Source of the DNA: Azolla caroliniana
Lineage: Eukaryota > Plantae > Polypodiophyta
Assembly (NCBI GenBank): GCA_043228905.1
Contig: JBHGNT010000005.1
Coordinates: forward strand, 24,056,001 to 24,120,000
DNA length: 64,000 nt
Reading direction: 5' to 3'
Positions 1-13,007 of this stretch are shown in pieces. The notes beneath the pieces were generated by a model. That model saw only the letters and a program-made list of their open reading frames with translations, was not told the origin of the DNA and made no database searches. A program made the position numbers and the translations under genes. Within the stretch, counting starts at the first letter, position 1. The number at the start of each line of letters is the position of its first letter.

Positions 1-2
1 AT

Positions 3-3000
3 CAAGTTAGTAGAGTTTTTTCTGCACAAGTCGAGCTTAGCACATCTACAGGTCATCGCGCCCTAGCCTCTGCCCTCCTAGATTCCGGAGCCAATTCTTG
101 TTTCATGGATCGCGAGTTTGCATTGACTCAAAACATCATCTTGAAAAAACTCCCAAACCCAGTAGCTGTAGGAGTCATCGATGGTCGCCCTATAGCATCA
201 GGAGATATAGTCGAAGAGTCTGAACCAATTCGTGTAGTCCTAGGTAATTTGGCTAGTGTCATCTCATTTAACATCATTAGTAGTCCGGAGCACTCTCTAG
301 TTCTTGGTCTTCCTTGGTTTGAGTTACATAACCCAACCATTGATTGGAGAAAAAGAACTATTGAAGAGGTCACCGTACAATCCAAGTCTCTTGAAGCTCC
401 AACTAAGGATCTAGGATCCCCCACAATTTCAACAATCTCTATACATCAATTACGAGAGGATGGAAGAAAGGAAGACATGATGGTATTTGCGGTTTTAGCA
501 ACTCCCTCATCTAGCTCACAAGAATTGGGGGTCCAACTACCAAAGAAGTACATAGAATTCTCCGATGTGTTCGATAAGGTGAAGGCTAATAGACTACCAG
601 AACATCGACCATATGATTGCCCAATTGATTTGCAGCCAGGAAAAGAGCCTCCATGGGGACCAATTTATAATCTTTCGCCCACGGAGTTAGAGGTTCTTCG
701 AGAATATATCAATGAGAACTTGGCAAATGGTTTTATCCAACATTCAAAATCTCATGCTGGTGCACCCATCTTTTTCGTTAAGAAGAAAGATGGTACGCTT
801 CGTATGGTCGTGGATTATCGAGGCTTGAATAAAGTGACCGTTAGAAACCGATATGCTCTCCCATTGATCTCAAGCCTTCTAGAACGCCTCAGTGAAGCAA
901 AGTATTTCACGAAGTTAGATCTTCGAGGTGCCTACAACCTTGTTCGAATTCGTCCTGGGGATGAATGGAAGACGGCGTTCCGCACTCGCTATGGTCATTT
1001 TGAGTACACAGTGATGCCTTTTGGCCTCACGAATGCACCAGCAGTCTTCCAACATATGGCGAATGATATTTTTCGAGACTTCCTCGATATCTTCATCATT
1101 GTTTACCTGGATGATATCTTGATCTACTCAAAAACTCAAGAAGAACATGATATACATGTTCGCCAAGTTTTGCAACGGCTACGAGAGTATGGTCTCTATG
1201 CAAAATTGGAGAAGTGTAGTTTCGACCAACGTCAAGTGGAGTTTTTGGGGTACATAGTCTCTTCAAATGGCATCTCTATGGATCCATCAAAGGTTCAAAC
1301 AATTTTGGATTGGCAAACACCACAGTCCGTGCGAGATGTGCAATGTTTTTTGGGGTTCGCAAACTTTTATCGCAAGTTCATCAAAGATTATTCAAAAATT
1401 GTGTTGCCCCTCACTCAACTGACGCACAAGAATCGATCATTTGTATGGAGTATAGATGCGAACTCTGCATTTGAGGGTTTAAAGCAAGCATTTACATCCG
1501 CACCAATCTTAATCCATGTCGTTCCAATGAGGCGCTTTATACTTGAAGCTGATGCATCGGATTTCGCACTCGGAAGTGTACTATCCCAAATTGGTGATGA
1601 TGGTGAACTGCACCCGGTGGCTTTTCACTCACGAAAATTTGAAGCCGCAGAAATCAACTATGAGATTCACGACAAAGAGCTTCTTGCCATTGTGGATTCT
1701 TTTCAACAATGGCGTCATTTTCTGGAGGGTTCTTCTCAGCAGATTATTGTCTACAATGATCATAAAAATCTAACATACTTTCAAAGTGCTCGAGTCTTGA
1801 ATCGACGACAAGCTCGTTGGGCGCAGTTCTTAACTCGTTTCGATTTTGTAATTCTATATCGCCCTGGGATGCAACAAGGAAAAGCAGATGCTTTATCTAG
1901 ACGTTCGTATATGGAACTTCAACCTGGAGAGGCCGCATTTGAAAGCCAAAAGCAAATCCTCTTAGGTCCTGATCGTCTACGAATAATGGCAATGCATACC
2001 ATCAACACACCGGGAGATTCAAGGCTTCTTGATTCCATTCGTGAGCAGATTGCGACTGATGCGTTCGCCCAAGAGGTTTTGAGCCATATTATCCCAAATC
2101 GTGCATCTAGCTCCCAAACTCAAAATCCTCGTCTAGACTACACCCAGTTTAGTTGGCATGATGGGTTACTTTTTCGACAAACTCTCTTGTATGTGCCTGA
2201 CGGTCCTTCTCGACTCAAAGTCATGCAACAATGTCATGACACACCAATGGCGGGACACTTCGGCATCCACAAGACTTTTGAGTTGATTTCTCGCCGATAT
2301 TGGTGGCCACGGCTTCGCCATTTTGTTACGGATTATGTTCGTAGCTGTGATACATGTTGCCGATCAAAAAAGCCTCGACATCATCCATATGGCTTATTAC
2401 AGCCAATGCCTATTCCGGAGAGCCCATGGAAATCTATTTCCTTGGACTTTATTACGGATCTTCCACCTTCCAAGGGATTTGATTCGATTCTCACGGTTGT
2501 CGATCGTTTTACGAAGATGGCACATTTCCTTCCATGCACAAAGACCATTACTAGTCAAGAGACAGCTGATTTACTCATGCGGGAGGTGTTTCGCCATCAT
2601 GGTCTTCCGGATGATATTATCAGTGATCGGGGTCCCCAATTCATCTCGAAATTTTGGCGGCACATGTTCAGACTCTTACATACTTCTTGTAAACTCTCTT
2701 CCGGCTACCATCCAGAGACTAATGGGCAGAGTGAGCGCACCAACCAAACAGTCGAGCAATATCTACGTTGTTTTGTCAACTATCAACAAGATGATTGGGT
2801 GGATTTACTACCTTTGGCAGAATTTGCTTATAACAACTCCGAGCATTCTTCTACTGGATATTCCCCATTTTTTGCAAACATTGGGTACCATCCTCGTTGG
2901 ACGATGCTTGAACATCCTGAACTCCCAAAAAACCCAGCTGCTGAAGATCGGCTCACTCGACTCCAAGAAGTTCAGGATATGCTTTTGCATCATTTATGTG

Positions 3001-3551
3001 AAGCCCAAAACACTCAAAAGAAGATTGCTGACCGTCATCGGCGTGATTCATCGACTACATTTCAAGTAGGCGATCGTGTATGGCTCTTACAAGGTAGCAT
3101 TAAAACGACCCGACCTTGCTACAAATTGGATTATCAACGTTTTGGCCCATATGTCATAAGTGGTAAGATCAATGATGTGACATTTCGACTTGATCTTCCT
3201 CCTCATATGCGTCTTCACCCGGTCTTCCATGTTTCACTTTTGGAGCCTTACACAATGAGCTCTATTCCGGGTCGTGTTACACCTCCCCCACCTCCAATTG
3301 ACGTTTCCAATGGCTCTGAATATGAGGTTGCCGCTATCCTCGACTCCAAGATCATTCGCAACAAACTATACTACTTGGTTGATTGGTTAGGCTATACACC
3401 TAATGATCGAACATGGGAGCCTGCCGAACATCTTGCCAATGCCTCCGACATGGTTGTTGCATTTCACAACCAATATCCTCATAAACCAAGTCTGAACTCT
3501 TTTCTTCCGACTCGTGCAACTCGTCATCGAAAAGGGGGGATAATGTCATGA
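3..3551 (+). CDS. pol: Gypsy Pol polyprotein (protease, RT, RNase H, integrase, chromodomain); open from the window edge
   Basis: Frame is open from position 3. Motifs: LLDSGA, YLDDIL, EADASD, H-GH..C..C zinc finger, SDRGPQF, and chromodomain EYEV..ILDS..YYLVDWLGY...RTWEP. No stop until 3549-3551, inside the LTR. Confidence 0.95.
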   Translation, partial: QVSRVFSAQVELSTSTGHRALASALLDSGANSCFMDREFALTQNIILKKLPNPVAVGVIDGRPIASGDIVEESEPIRVVLGNLASVISFNIISSPEHSLVLGLPWFELHNPTIDWRKRTIEEVTVQSKSLEAPTKDLGSPTISTISIHQLREDGRKEDMMVFAVLATPSSSSQELGVQLPKKYIEFSDVFDKVKANRLPEHRPYDCPIDLQPGKEPPWGPIYNLSPTELEVLREYINENLANGFIQHSKSHAGAPIFFVKKKDGTLRMVVDYRGLNKVTVRNRYALPLISSLLERLSEAKYFTKLDLRGAYNLVRIRPGDEWKTAFRTRYGHFEYTVMPFGLTNAPAVFQHMANDIFRDFLDIFIIVYLDDILIYSKTQEEHDIHVRQVLQRLREYGLYAKLEKCSFDQRQVEFLGYIVSSNGISMDPSKVQTILDWQTPQSVRDVQCFLGFANFYRKFIKDYSKIVLPLTQLTHKNRSFVWSIDANSAFEGLKQAFTSAPILIHVVPMRRFILEADASDFALGSVLSQIGDDGELHPVAFHSRKFEAAEINYEIHDKELLAIVDSFQQWRHFLEGSSQQIIVYNDHKNLTYFQSARVLNRRQARWAQFLTRFDFVILYRPGMQQGKADALSRRSYMELQPGEAAFESQKQILLGPDRLRIMAMHTINTPGDSRLLDSIREQIATDAFAQEVLSHIIPNRASSSQTQNPRLDYTQFSWHDGLLFRQTLLYVPDGPSRLKVMQQCHDTPMAGHFGIHKTFELISRRYWWPRLRHFVTDYVRSCDTCCRSKKPRHHPYGLLQPMPIPESPWKSISLDFITDLPPSKGFDSILTVVDRFTKMAHFLPCTKTITSQETADLLMREVFRHHGLPDDIISDRGPQFISKFWRHMFRLLHTSCKLSSGYHPETNGQSERTNQTVEQYLRCFVNYQQDDWVDLLPLAEFAYNNSEHSSTGYSPFFANIGYHPRWTMLEHPELPKNPAAEDRLTRLQEVQDMLLHHLCEAQNTQKKIADRHRRDSSTTFQVGDRVWLLQGSIKTTRPCYKLDYQRFGPYVISGKINDVTFRLDLPPHMRLHPVFHVSLLEPYTMSSIPGRVTPPPPPIDVSNGSEYEVAAILDSKIIRNKLYYLVDWLGYTPNDRTWEPAEHLANASDMVVAFHNQYPHKPSLNSFLPTRATRHRKGGIMS

Positions 3552-4090
3552 AGACATACATCTTGGCTTATCATGACATTCATCTTGGCGAACCAGGAAT
3601 CGAACCCATAACCTCTTGGTTTACATATTGTACTTTAACCATTGTAATAACATATGTGAGATGTAATCATAATAATTATATGTTTAGTTATTACGAGATA
3701 TTTAGAACATTCTAGATTATTCTAGAATGTTCTTGAATATTTCATGATTATATTTATTATTATTATTATTCATAAATATCTAAAATATTCTAGAACATTC
3801 TAGAATACTCCATAAGGGCCTATAAATAAGAGTCCATACACTCATCACAACTCATTCGGTTCAACACCAGTCTTTAGCCCTTAGCCTACTCCTTGTAATC
3901 TTCTTTCTCATAATATAATCGCATTCCCATTTCTTATCTCTCACTTATACTTTTCTCTCTCTCGCACTCTCTCCCTCTTTCACTCTCTTTCTATCACTAT
4001 CGCTATCTCTACCGCTCTCGCCATCTCTATCGTTATCGTTATCTCTATCGCCATCGCTCTCTCTCTGCTTCCTACTCAAGAGTCACGACA
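3544..4090 (+). repeat. 3' LTR of the Tcn1-like element (547 bp)
   Basis: Follows the PPT; TG...CA ends with an 8-bp imperfect inverted repeat; TATAAATA at 3821; CT-rich 3' part. Confidence 0.85.
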
Positions 4091-6500
4091 CCGACTAACT
4101 TAGGGCAACTGCCCTTCTCACTATTTACATAAGTAGCCTAAGTCTAGTGTGTTCAAAAGGAGACAGTGTGAATACGTCCATTAGAAACCCGTATTCAACA
4201 ACTCTATCATATGCTCATGGGTAATGATTACGCCATTGCATGCAAGAGACTAGGGGAACCAAGACCACAAACACCCATCGAGGATTCCAACACTTGGCAC
4301 ATGTATATAGAGAGACTTTACCAAGTCCTAAACCAACCACCCATTCCAATGCCTTCTACACCTCAACCTACCATGGGGACACTTTTCACGACCTCTAGGG
4401 TCACAAAGGTCGTAAAGAAATTACAACATAGAAGTCCATGGATCACACAGGATTGTGAGATGAACACATCATATATGCTCGAGAGTGCCTAGCTCCTTTT
4501 CTCACTCTAATCTTCAACCGTGCCCTCATCGAGGGTTTTCCACCATAGTGAACCATGAACACAGTGGCCCCTATACATGAAGGAGGGGACCCCATGGACC
4601 CAAATACATATAGGATCATTATGATAGGTCATATGCTTGCTAAATTATATGGTGCAGTTATGGAAGCGCAACTCAACGATTATATGGAGACATTAAGTCT
4701 TTGAGCACCGGAACAGGTTGGCTTTCGACAAGCCTTCTCTACTATGGACCATATCGTCACACTTAGATGCTTAATTGACCAGTGTTGTTTTGTGGACTTC
4801 CGCAAAGCCTTTGACACAGTACCTAGAGAGCAATTGTTTGATAGGCTTAAGAGCTTGGGGATACCATATGACATGATTTGGCCCATCTATGCTTTATATG
4901 AGCAAGTCTTTGGGTGTGAATGATGCTCAAGTAACCTCACTGATTTTATTGCTCGCAAGGGAGGTAACAGAGTAGTCGTTGGGGATACGCAAGTCAATCT
5001 CTTGCTCTGTGCAAACAACATAATTTTATTGAGTCTGAACATGACCTACAAAGGCACCTTAATGTCGTAGATGACTTTTGCACACAAAGAGGATTGGTAA
5101 TAAATCTAGGGAAAACTCAAGTCCTTCTCTTTCACACATTTGCTCGAGTTAGGACTAAATGTCACCTAACTGTCTCTCATAGACCAGTTGAAGTAGTTGG
5201 GTCATATGTAAATCTTGGAGTCCCTTTAAGTGCTCGCTTAGGTAAATTTTCAATTATATAAGCAGCCAAAGATAGACTAACGAGAGGATATGCATCCCTC
5301 TGACTCTTAGAGAGACAATGCCACCATGCATACTTTCAGGAGTCACGAACTAAGGGGTGGCTCTTTGACTCTTTAATGACCCCGTCCTTGATGTATGCAT
5401 CGGTGGTTTGGGCTCCAAGGCTACCATATTTCATGTGGACGCAATTAGAGAGACCATTGGTGACGATGTTATCACATCAACTCTGAAGCAAATTGATAAT
5501 GCCACATGACATTATTAGAGCAAAGTTCACTTTACCCCCGATGTTAATAGATAGCGAATCACAAGATAGGATATCTCGTCAAGGTTTTGAGGCATCTCAA
5601 TCAATCTATGAGTCCAGAGATACTAGGTTTTGGTATAGCATTGTGGTGACTTAATATGCCAATAAATATGGCAAATTTACACTCCATATAAATGAATCAA
5701 CCCATTGGAGCCACTCCCATCTAAAATGTTGTACTATAAGGAATACTTTATGCACTTCTCTAAGTTGGGTTTTATTGCACAACCAAAATATTTAGATACA
5801 TTCTTACCAAATGCACTAAGGGTTGCCAATGGACAACTTAGAATATCATCTCACCAACTTGAGGTTGAGAATGGTCATACTAATGGAGTCTCCAAAGGAA
5901 AGGATATGTAGATTATGTCACATAAAGATTGAGGGTGAGTATCACTTTACATGCAAGTGTCCATCTTATGTTGAGATAAGGGCAAAATACCAAGACATAC
6001 TAGGACCCTCTCCCACTTTCTCCAAACTATTAGATACCCCCGATATAAAGAAACTAGGTAGATATATCTTAAAGCTAAAACACCATATAGAGAATAAGCT
6101 ACAAAATGTTAACCATAACCTTTCTAATATTCACCAACATGTAACCAATGAAATTTTTCAGGGACAAGGGGAGGCAATTAATGTGGACACACCTACACTA
6201 CTTGGCCTCTCCCTTACTGAAGTAGAAAACCAAAGAACAACCAAACACTGTCGGATGTCGTGCCTCAAAGTAACTTGTGGTGTAGAAGTAATAAAGAAGA
6301 TAAGGGAATGTGAGTTACATTGCCTAGAAGCTATGGTTGGGGTACCTTTTACATTGGGACCACAGGCCACATCCACATCGAAACCCTTTAACCTCCCCTC
6401 CTTTTCGAGAGACTTGGATGGAAACGAAACTAGGCCTAGCACAAAGCCATTTCCGTTATAGAATATGTTACACCATAACACGTCTTGTACAATACAAGAA
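4091..6500 (+). mobile_element. Degenerate non-LTR retrotransposon (RTE-X-like LINE ORF2 relic)
   Basis: Broken-frame RT motifs (DPNTYR.I, EQVGFRQ..ST.DH, CFVDFRKAFDTV) and a C-terminal LRISSHQLEVE.G..RICRLC....EGEYHF..KCP.Y..IR motif. Boundaries are approximate. Confidence 0.7.
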
Positions 6501-9500
6501 CTCTTTTATCTAAGTTTTATTTTTATTTTCAATGATTGGGTACACACCCCATTTTGTTGTAAACTAATTGTCTCATGGGCCAATTTTGGTCTTAGAAGAC
6601 GTTAATATATCTTTCTTTCTTTTCTTGGCCCAAGTAAAAGAAACTTTGATACTTTCTTTGGCCCAAATGGGAAACAATAAAAAACTCCAAATGCAAGTAT
6701 TGGAGAAAGGTAGAAAGGGAATTGTGATGGGTGAGATTTCATCTGTCGACATGTAGGCATTGTCACTAATCTTCATTGTTGCACATTTGGAAGTTAACCT
6801 AATCCTTCCAAGTTTCCAAAAAAGGATATCAGTCTATGGCATCATTATGATGAAATCATGTGTGAGAATGACCTTGATGTACTTTAGGAGGCTACGACGA
6901 TTATTTTCTTGACATGAATAGGCAGAAGTATGCCATGATGAAGGTTTAATTTTTTATTTCTTCTGTTTTGTTGTTCATAAGTCTGACTTCTCCTTTATAT
7001 CTAGCACCAAAAAATTGGAAGTTTTTATTATTCACACATCCACTTAGTCTTTTCAACCATGGCATTTTTTTGGCAACTTCTTTTGGAATTCAGACTTTGG
7101 GTATCCTCCAATTCCAGCACTAGAGGCTTTGATTTTTTGCCAGGACTCAGAGCTTATGTATTCCCAAATTAGTAAAGTTCTACTAAGAAGAAATTCTCAA
7201 ATTAAGAAATTTATGTATTTTGTTTAATCACTTGCTGTATTTATTGTATGTTTCATGGCTCCTCTCATGCATATCATGGTTATGTACAAGACAGTTGACT
7301 CTAGACGTGGTAAGTAGTGACTATGCTATAAGAAAATATGAGAATGTTATTTTTTGAAGCCTTTTAGAAACTTCTGAAACTAGAAGAAGATTTTTGTTAT
7401 ATTAAGTGACATTATATGATTTCCTGCTCTCAAGGTCCAATGATCCTCGATGTGTTTGTTGATAGGAGTAATGGCATGCCAGGTTTCCCACAACGTGGGA
7501 GGCTACCCACTGTTTATTTCCGTTAATGGAAAAACATTGACATACCTGTAACTTTTTGGGCATTTACTAGAATACCTATAAGTTTTCCAAAATCACAAGA
7601 GTTCTCCTCTTGTATTGCAAAACTTACTACTACAGAAGGATATACTGATAAAAATTGGCACCGTCAAATAATGCTTACATGATTTCTTCGATGTTCCACT
7701 TGTTGCGTTATGTATCAATAAATAAACGATTTCCATAGGGTTCGACCTAATGTCCAAGCACTAGTATATATTGTCAAATTCTAAACATTTGTCTCATGAT
7801 TTGTGAAAATTAAAAATCATATTGACAAATTAGGTTTTGTTTATGTTTATTTTATATGTAGGTTCATGTGAACCCTTGGCCGACTATTTGTTGCAGTATG
7901 TTAAGGACATAGATTATTTCATAACTGAACTTTGTATTTGGATGACAATTGTGCTATGCGCATATATATTTGAGACAAAAGGGTGTTCATGCTGATTTTT
8001 CCACCACAGTGGAACTCGATTTATGTTGTCGATCTCCTCTCATCTTAATTACATGTAGTGGTTCAAACTTCATAGTGTATGACAAGAAAATGACTCAACC
8101 TTGGATGTATTATTCATATATTAAGACAAGCAAGTAAGCTTCATGATTTCTTGGCTATGCAATTTATGGGTTGATAGGTAAAAGCCCTCCATTTTTTAAC
8201 AATTAGCTTGGAACACTCATGATTGAGTGGTGAAGATGCAAAGGTACTCTAAAAAGAGTGTAGAAGATGCCATGTCTTGACTAAGTATAATTCTCATCTA
8301 CATTAACACATTGTCACTATAAGTATCAAATCATTAAGGGGATGATAAAACATAAATAGCAATTTCTATGATCAAGCTTACTAAGTTATAGTAGTTGAAA
8401 ACTTGACCTTGAATACATGGTGTCATGCCCCACAAAACCTAATGGCATAATGACAACATATAAATCAAGTAATATGTTTGCAATGTATGTTTCTTGGGGA
8501 ATGGTTGTGATCAAATTCACTGAACATGGAGAAATGAGGTGGTATAATACATGATTGAACAAACTCTATTGAAGAAGAACAAAGTCCAAGGACCAAATTG
8601 CTCTAATATAATTTGTAGCTGAGGTGCACTAGATATGAAGTGATAACATTGAAATTGTACCAAGTTATAGTGGTTATAAAATTATATATTACAGGTTATT
8701 GAGTTGTGGCAAGGTATCGCATAATGATGCATGTGTGGAAGCATTTCCTTAACACTAATTAGAAAAGTATATGTATGAATGGGACATGTCTTAGTGCTAA
8801 ATTCCATATATTATTGCTTAAAGGCCAAGGGTTATGGTCTAACGCTCTATTGGACATTAAAACCATTCATATATTTCTCTTCGACATCAACACATTTTTC
8901 CTAAAATGGTGGCTTTGTATATTTAATTTCCACAAACAAGGGGGTTGAGAACCATAGCATTGCATTGTGGAAACCAAGAAAATGTTGATTTATATCTATA
9001 GTGAAGATATAATGTATAACATACATTGGATGTAAGTTGCCATTTAATTCCCTCATAGCATACTTCAATCGTTTCACTTGTTGAATTCAGATTAGGAGAT
9101 TATATTCTTTGGCACCTTTTGTTTTTTATTTTTTTTCCAAAAACATCTACTTCCATTAGTTAAGAATGTACAAAGGAATCATTTACAACTCATATCTTAC
9201 AAGACACCTTGCATGTCAAAGGAAAACAATGTGTAGATGAAACAACATAAAAAAACAACTCCAAAACACCACATCATTCTATGTGTATAGCATTACTCGA
9301 AAACATATTCTCCACGTGAGCCTCATACAAAACAGAATTCAGCATAGATGTCAACCTTTTGTTTTTAACACATCTAGATTATGTGTGGAAATTGATAGGG
9401 CATGTTTCCAAGAAATTGACTCCCTAGTAATATCCACTTATTTTGCTTACACGATGGATCTTTACTATAATGAGCATATGTTTTTACCTCGGTATCCTAC

Positions 9501-9824
9501 ATTAGCAGTTTATTTGTCTTCCTTTTCCCATTTGCAAATTTTTCAAGTAGAAAATAACCTGAGAGAAGTCCGCTCTTTAATTAGATATTGTATATGATAG
9601 CTAACCAATATCTTAAATATAGGGAACACCCGCGTGTGTGTGCATGAATATATTTTACATTCATATAACAATCTAGGAAATTGAATTTACAAATACAATA
9701 TTAGCAAACCAAGCCTTAATAAGAGGAATCATATATAAGTGAAACAGAGAATTGCCAATAGAAACAACAAAATATAGAAAAAGCTAGGTTTGTTGGTAGG
9801 AACATAATAACATATGCATATCAC

Positions 9825-12317
9825 TCCCCTAGCTCCATATCTCTACCTATTTGTCACTGAGGCTTTCTCTGCTTATTTACAAGCACCAAGCAACGGATTG
9901 AGGGGATTGTCCATCCCCAATGCGTCTGAAGATCTGCTGCTATTTGAATATGCCGACGATACGGTCCTTTTCTTGCAGGGTGATGACGCGAATCTGCAGC
10001 GGGCTGAACAACTTGTTGAGGACCTTTGTCAAGCTGCTGGAGCCAAGATCAATTGGGATAAAACCCAAGGCCTCTGGTTCAACGAACAAGAGAAGCCAGG
10101 GTGGCAACCCCACGTTGACTTTGCTTGGGTCCCTAATGGGACGACATTCAAATACCTAGGATTTACGATGGGGAGGGCAATCCCCAAGGGAGTGCAATTG
10201 TCACATGTGCAAACCAAAATAAGCAAGAAGTTGATCCAATGGAGCAGATCCAAACTTTCCTTCGCTGGTAGGGTTCTTATTGCGAACCAAGTGTTGCTCA
10301 CCACCATGTGGCACTCAGTCTCCTGCTAGATTATGGACCCCTCAAGTTTGCACGCGATTAAGGCTACCATCAGGGGGTTTATATGGTCAGGTAAGGACAA
10401 CCCGTTTGCTGCCGCCAAAGTGTCATGGCATTGGTTAACACAACCGTGGGCCAAAGGGGGGCTTGGCCTCATAGACCCCTTAATGCAGAGCCGAGCATTG
10501 CTAGCCAAAATGGTGGTTCGATGCCTCTTGCCAGGTAAGGGGTGCTGGAAGGTACTACTTCGCAATAGGCTGCAAGCAGGGACGCCCAAGTATGGTAGGC
10601 CTTGGCCGGATTCCTTGAATTGGTGTTGCACGAGTGGAGTCCCTCCCAAGTTGGCTTGTCAACCGGAGGAGTGGGTCACGAACTCCATCTTGCGGGCATG
10701 GTGTCATGTAAGAAGTCATTTGGTCAAGCACACGCCAGAGACACTAGTCGAGTGGGCTAGATAGCCATTATTTTGGAACCCTCAAGTGCGGTCAAGTGGT
10801 GACATGATGTTAGGGCAGCTTAAGGGCCTAGCCTGGGGAAAGTTGGCGCAAACAGGGCTCCTCTCTATAGATGATTGGAGACGCACGGTGGCTTTAGGAG
10901 GGGACCAGGAGGTCCCTTTCCCTCCCCTCAAGGGAGCCATGAAAATGCGGAGGTTGATAGCTGAGGCACTTGATAGGGTCTCGATGGAGGAGATGAGAGA
11001 AAATACATGGTTCGGTCTCTTTGATGAGACTGGTGTGGTTAAGTTGTTGAAGGGTGTGAGTGGATCGGGACAAGATACAATTTTTGGGGAGAGGCAGAGT
11101 AGGGGCTCTTGGCACCCAATCCGCGTGGTGGCGTAGGTTGGTAACATCTGGAAAACAGACCCGGATGTTGCTAAGGTGGAACCCCATTGGAAGTTATAGG
11201 TATATGGTGGATGTCCCCTCATCGAGCTAGAATGGGACCCAAGGGATTTCAGGTGGAAACAGGATGGCAGACTTCGCCATTTCTTCGAGTACAACACTAA
11301 ATTGGGTCAGACTTTACAATTGCAGCTAGATGGCCCCTTACGCAATGGTTGGCGTACATTGGGCATCCCTGATGAGGTGCTCATTACTTTTTGGAAAGGT
11401 CTCTGGCGTCTCCACATGCCTGAAAAGATCAAGTTTTTTTGGTGGCAGATCAGTCATAATGTGGTTCCCATTGGCGAATGGTTAGGTAAACGTGGCGGCC
11501 CGTTAGGTTGCCCACTCTGCCCTTCACCTATTGAGACTCTGAGGCACTGTCTATGGGATTGCTCTCAAGCTCAAAAGGTATGGGATAGAGTGACTCGCCT
11601 CCTTGTGGCTTGTGAAGTGGAAGGAACCGCATCGTGGAGTACTGCGGCATGGATTGATCACTCCGACGATAGGTGGACGGACGCCTTCAATGCGGATAGC
11701 TGGTGTTATGTATGCATTGGAGGCAAAATCGCCAAGATTCGTTATGGAAGAGGCTTGCAGTCCGCATCCCCTAGGTTCTCGGAAATTTGGATGTTGATCG
11801 CAGGCTTCACCATGTGGTATATATGGAAAGTGTGTTGCCTGAAGGTTTTTCAGGATCTGGTGCGACCCCCGGAGGAAGTGATCATGGACATATGGTTTGC
11901 TCTTATCAGTTTCCTACAAGGGCAGTTGGACGAGGTTTGCAGCCATTCCAACGATGTGGTCACTGCCCGTTTGCGCTTTTGGCAAAAATGGCGGAACATG
12001 CCTATGGTGACACAAGGAGGAAGTGGTCCGAGGTGGAACTACCAGCCCCCACGCTGGTTGTTTCTGAGTCACTTGCCGCCCTCCCTACGGTGTAGGCCCT
12101 AGGAGGTGTCTCGTACTAGCCAAAATTGACGGGCACCATTTTTAGCTATAGGTATCTACTTATATTGAGTAGTCAACCCGTTATGCTAAGTAACTAATCT
12201 CATTTTCTTGTACTTGTTCAGAGGGAGATTTCCTGATTTGTATATAAGCCCCGTGTACAGTCTTTTTGTAATAATCCTTCCTAACTAATGGGAAAGTAGC
12301 TTCATTTTGGAAAAAAA
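9825..12317 (+). mobile_element. 5'-truncated L1-clade LINE with 16-bp TSD
   Basis: Begins inside RT (PLAPYLY, YADD, FKYLG, GGLGL) and includes zf-RVT (CPLC...ETLRHCLWDC). Short poly(A) from 12311. TSD AACATATGCATATCAC at 9809-9824 and 12318-12333. Several in-frame stops. Confidence 0.93.
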
Positions 12318-12767
12318 AACATATGCATATCACCGTGTTATTGCTGTTGTAAATAGAGGCCTATCAATAAGACTCTAGCAATGTGCGCAAAATCTTGACT
12401 TCTACAATGGCCAATTGAAGAAGGACAAGGTTGCTAGATATCAGCTATATACCAATTTCATATATGCCTACAAATGTGTAGACTCAAAAAGTTACATCAT
12501 CTAGACTTCGGAATCCAACATCATTTCTTTGTTGACACTCATTCACATATGTTGAGAAATTGATTCCTTGTGGGGGGTGAGAACGTGGCATCAAAGATTA
12601 ATGCCATCACATAATACTAGTCGTTGGCATTTAAGTTTTGTATAGAAGATTGTTGAAGTTGTTTTCCATAAAGAAACTTTCCAAATTATTACGTCTTTAC
12701 AATGATAGGATCATATGTGGTTGCCACAAATAACAAATATGGCACACAAAATATAGCGACTTACTTC

Positions 12768-12769
<2 letters not shown>

Positions 12770-12812
<43 letters not shown>
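12770..12812. repeat. (GT)n microsatellite
   Basis: About 21 GT units. Confidence 0.95.
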
Positions 12813-12815
<3 letters not shown>

Positions 12816-12832
12816 ATATGGTAGAGCAAGTA

Positions 12833-13007
12833 AAGTATAACTTGTGTGAGAGTGTAATATTAATTGTTAATCCAAACAAATAATTCAAACGTAAAGTATA
12901 AGTTGTGTGAGTGTGTAATATTAATTTTTTATCCAAACAAATAATTTAGATGTAACGTATAACTTGTGTGATAATGCAATATTAATTATTAATCCAAACA
13001 AATAATT
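12833..13007. repeat. Tandem repeat, ~61-bp unit x3
   Basis: GTATAACTTGTGTGA...AATATTAATT..TAATCCAAACAAATAATT occurs three times with divergence. Confidence 0.85.

Larger units (their letters stand above)
1..4090 (+). mobile_element. Ty3/Gypsy chromovirus (Tcn1-like); 3' part comprising pol and the 3' LTR
   Basis: Domain order PR-RT-RH-INT-chromodomain; polypurine tract AAAAGGGGGGA ending at 3540; LTR TGTCATGA...TCACGACA. The 5' end lies outside the window. Confidence 0.93.

Noticed and set aside
3586-3650. Functional tRNA gene
   Set aside because: The acceptor and anticodon stems do not pair; only box-like relics remain.
6560-9000. Possible decayed DNA-transposon (MULE/SWIM-like) or pseudogene fragments
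   Set aside because: Only a weak C..C..GN.C...H hint at about 8480-8520; no continuous ORF, TIR or TSD could be supported.
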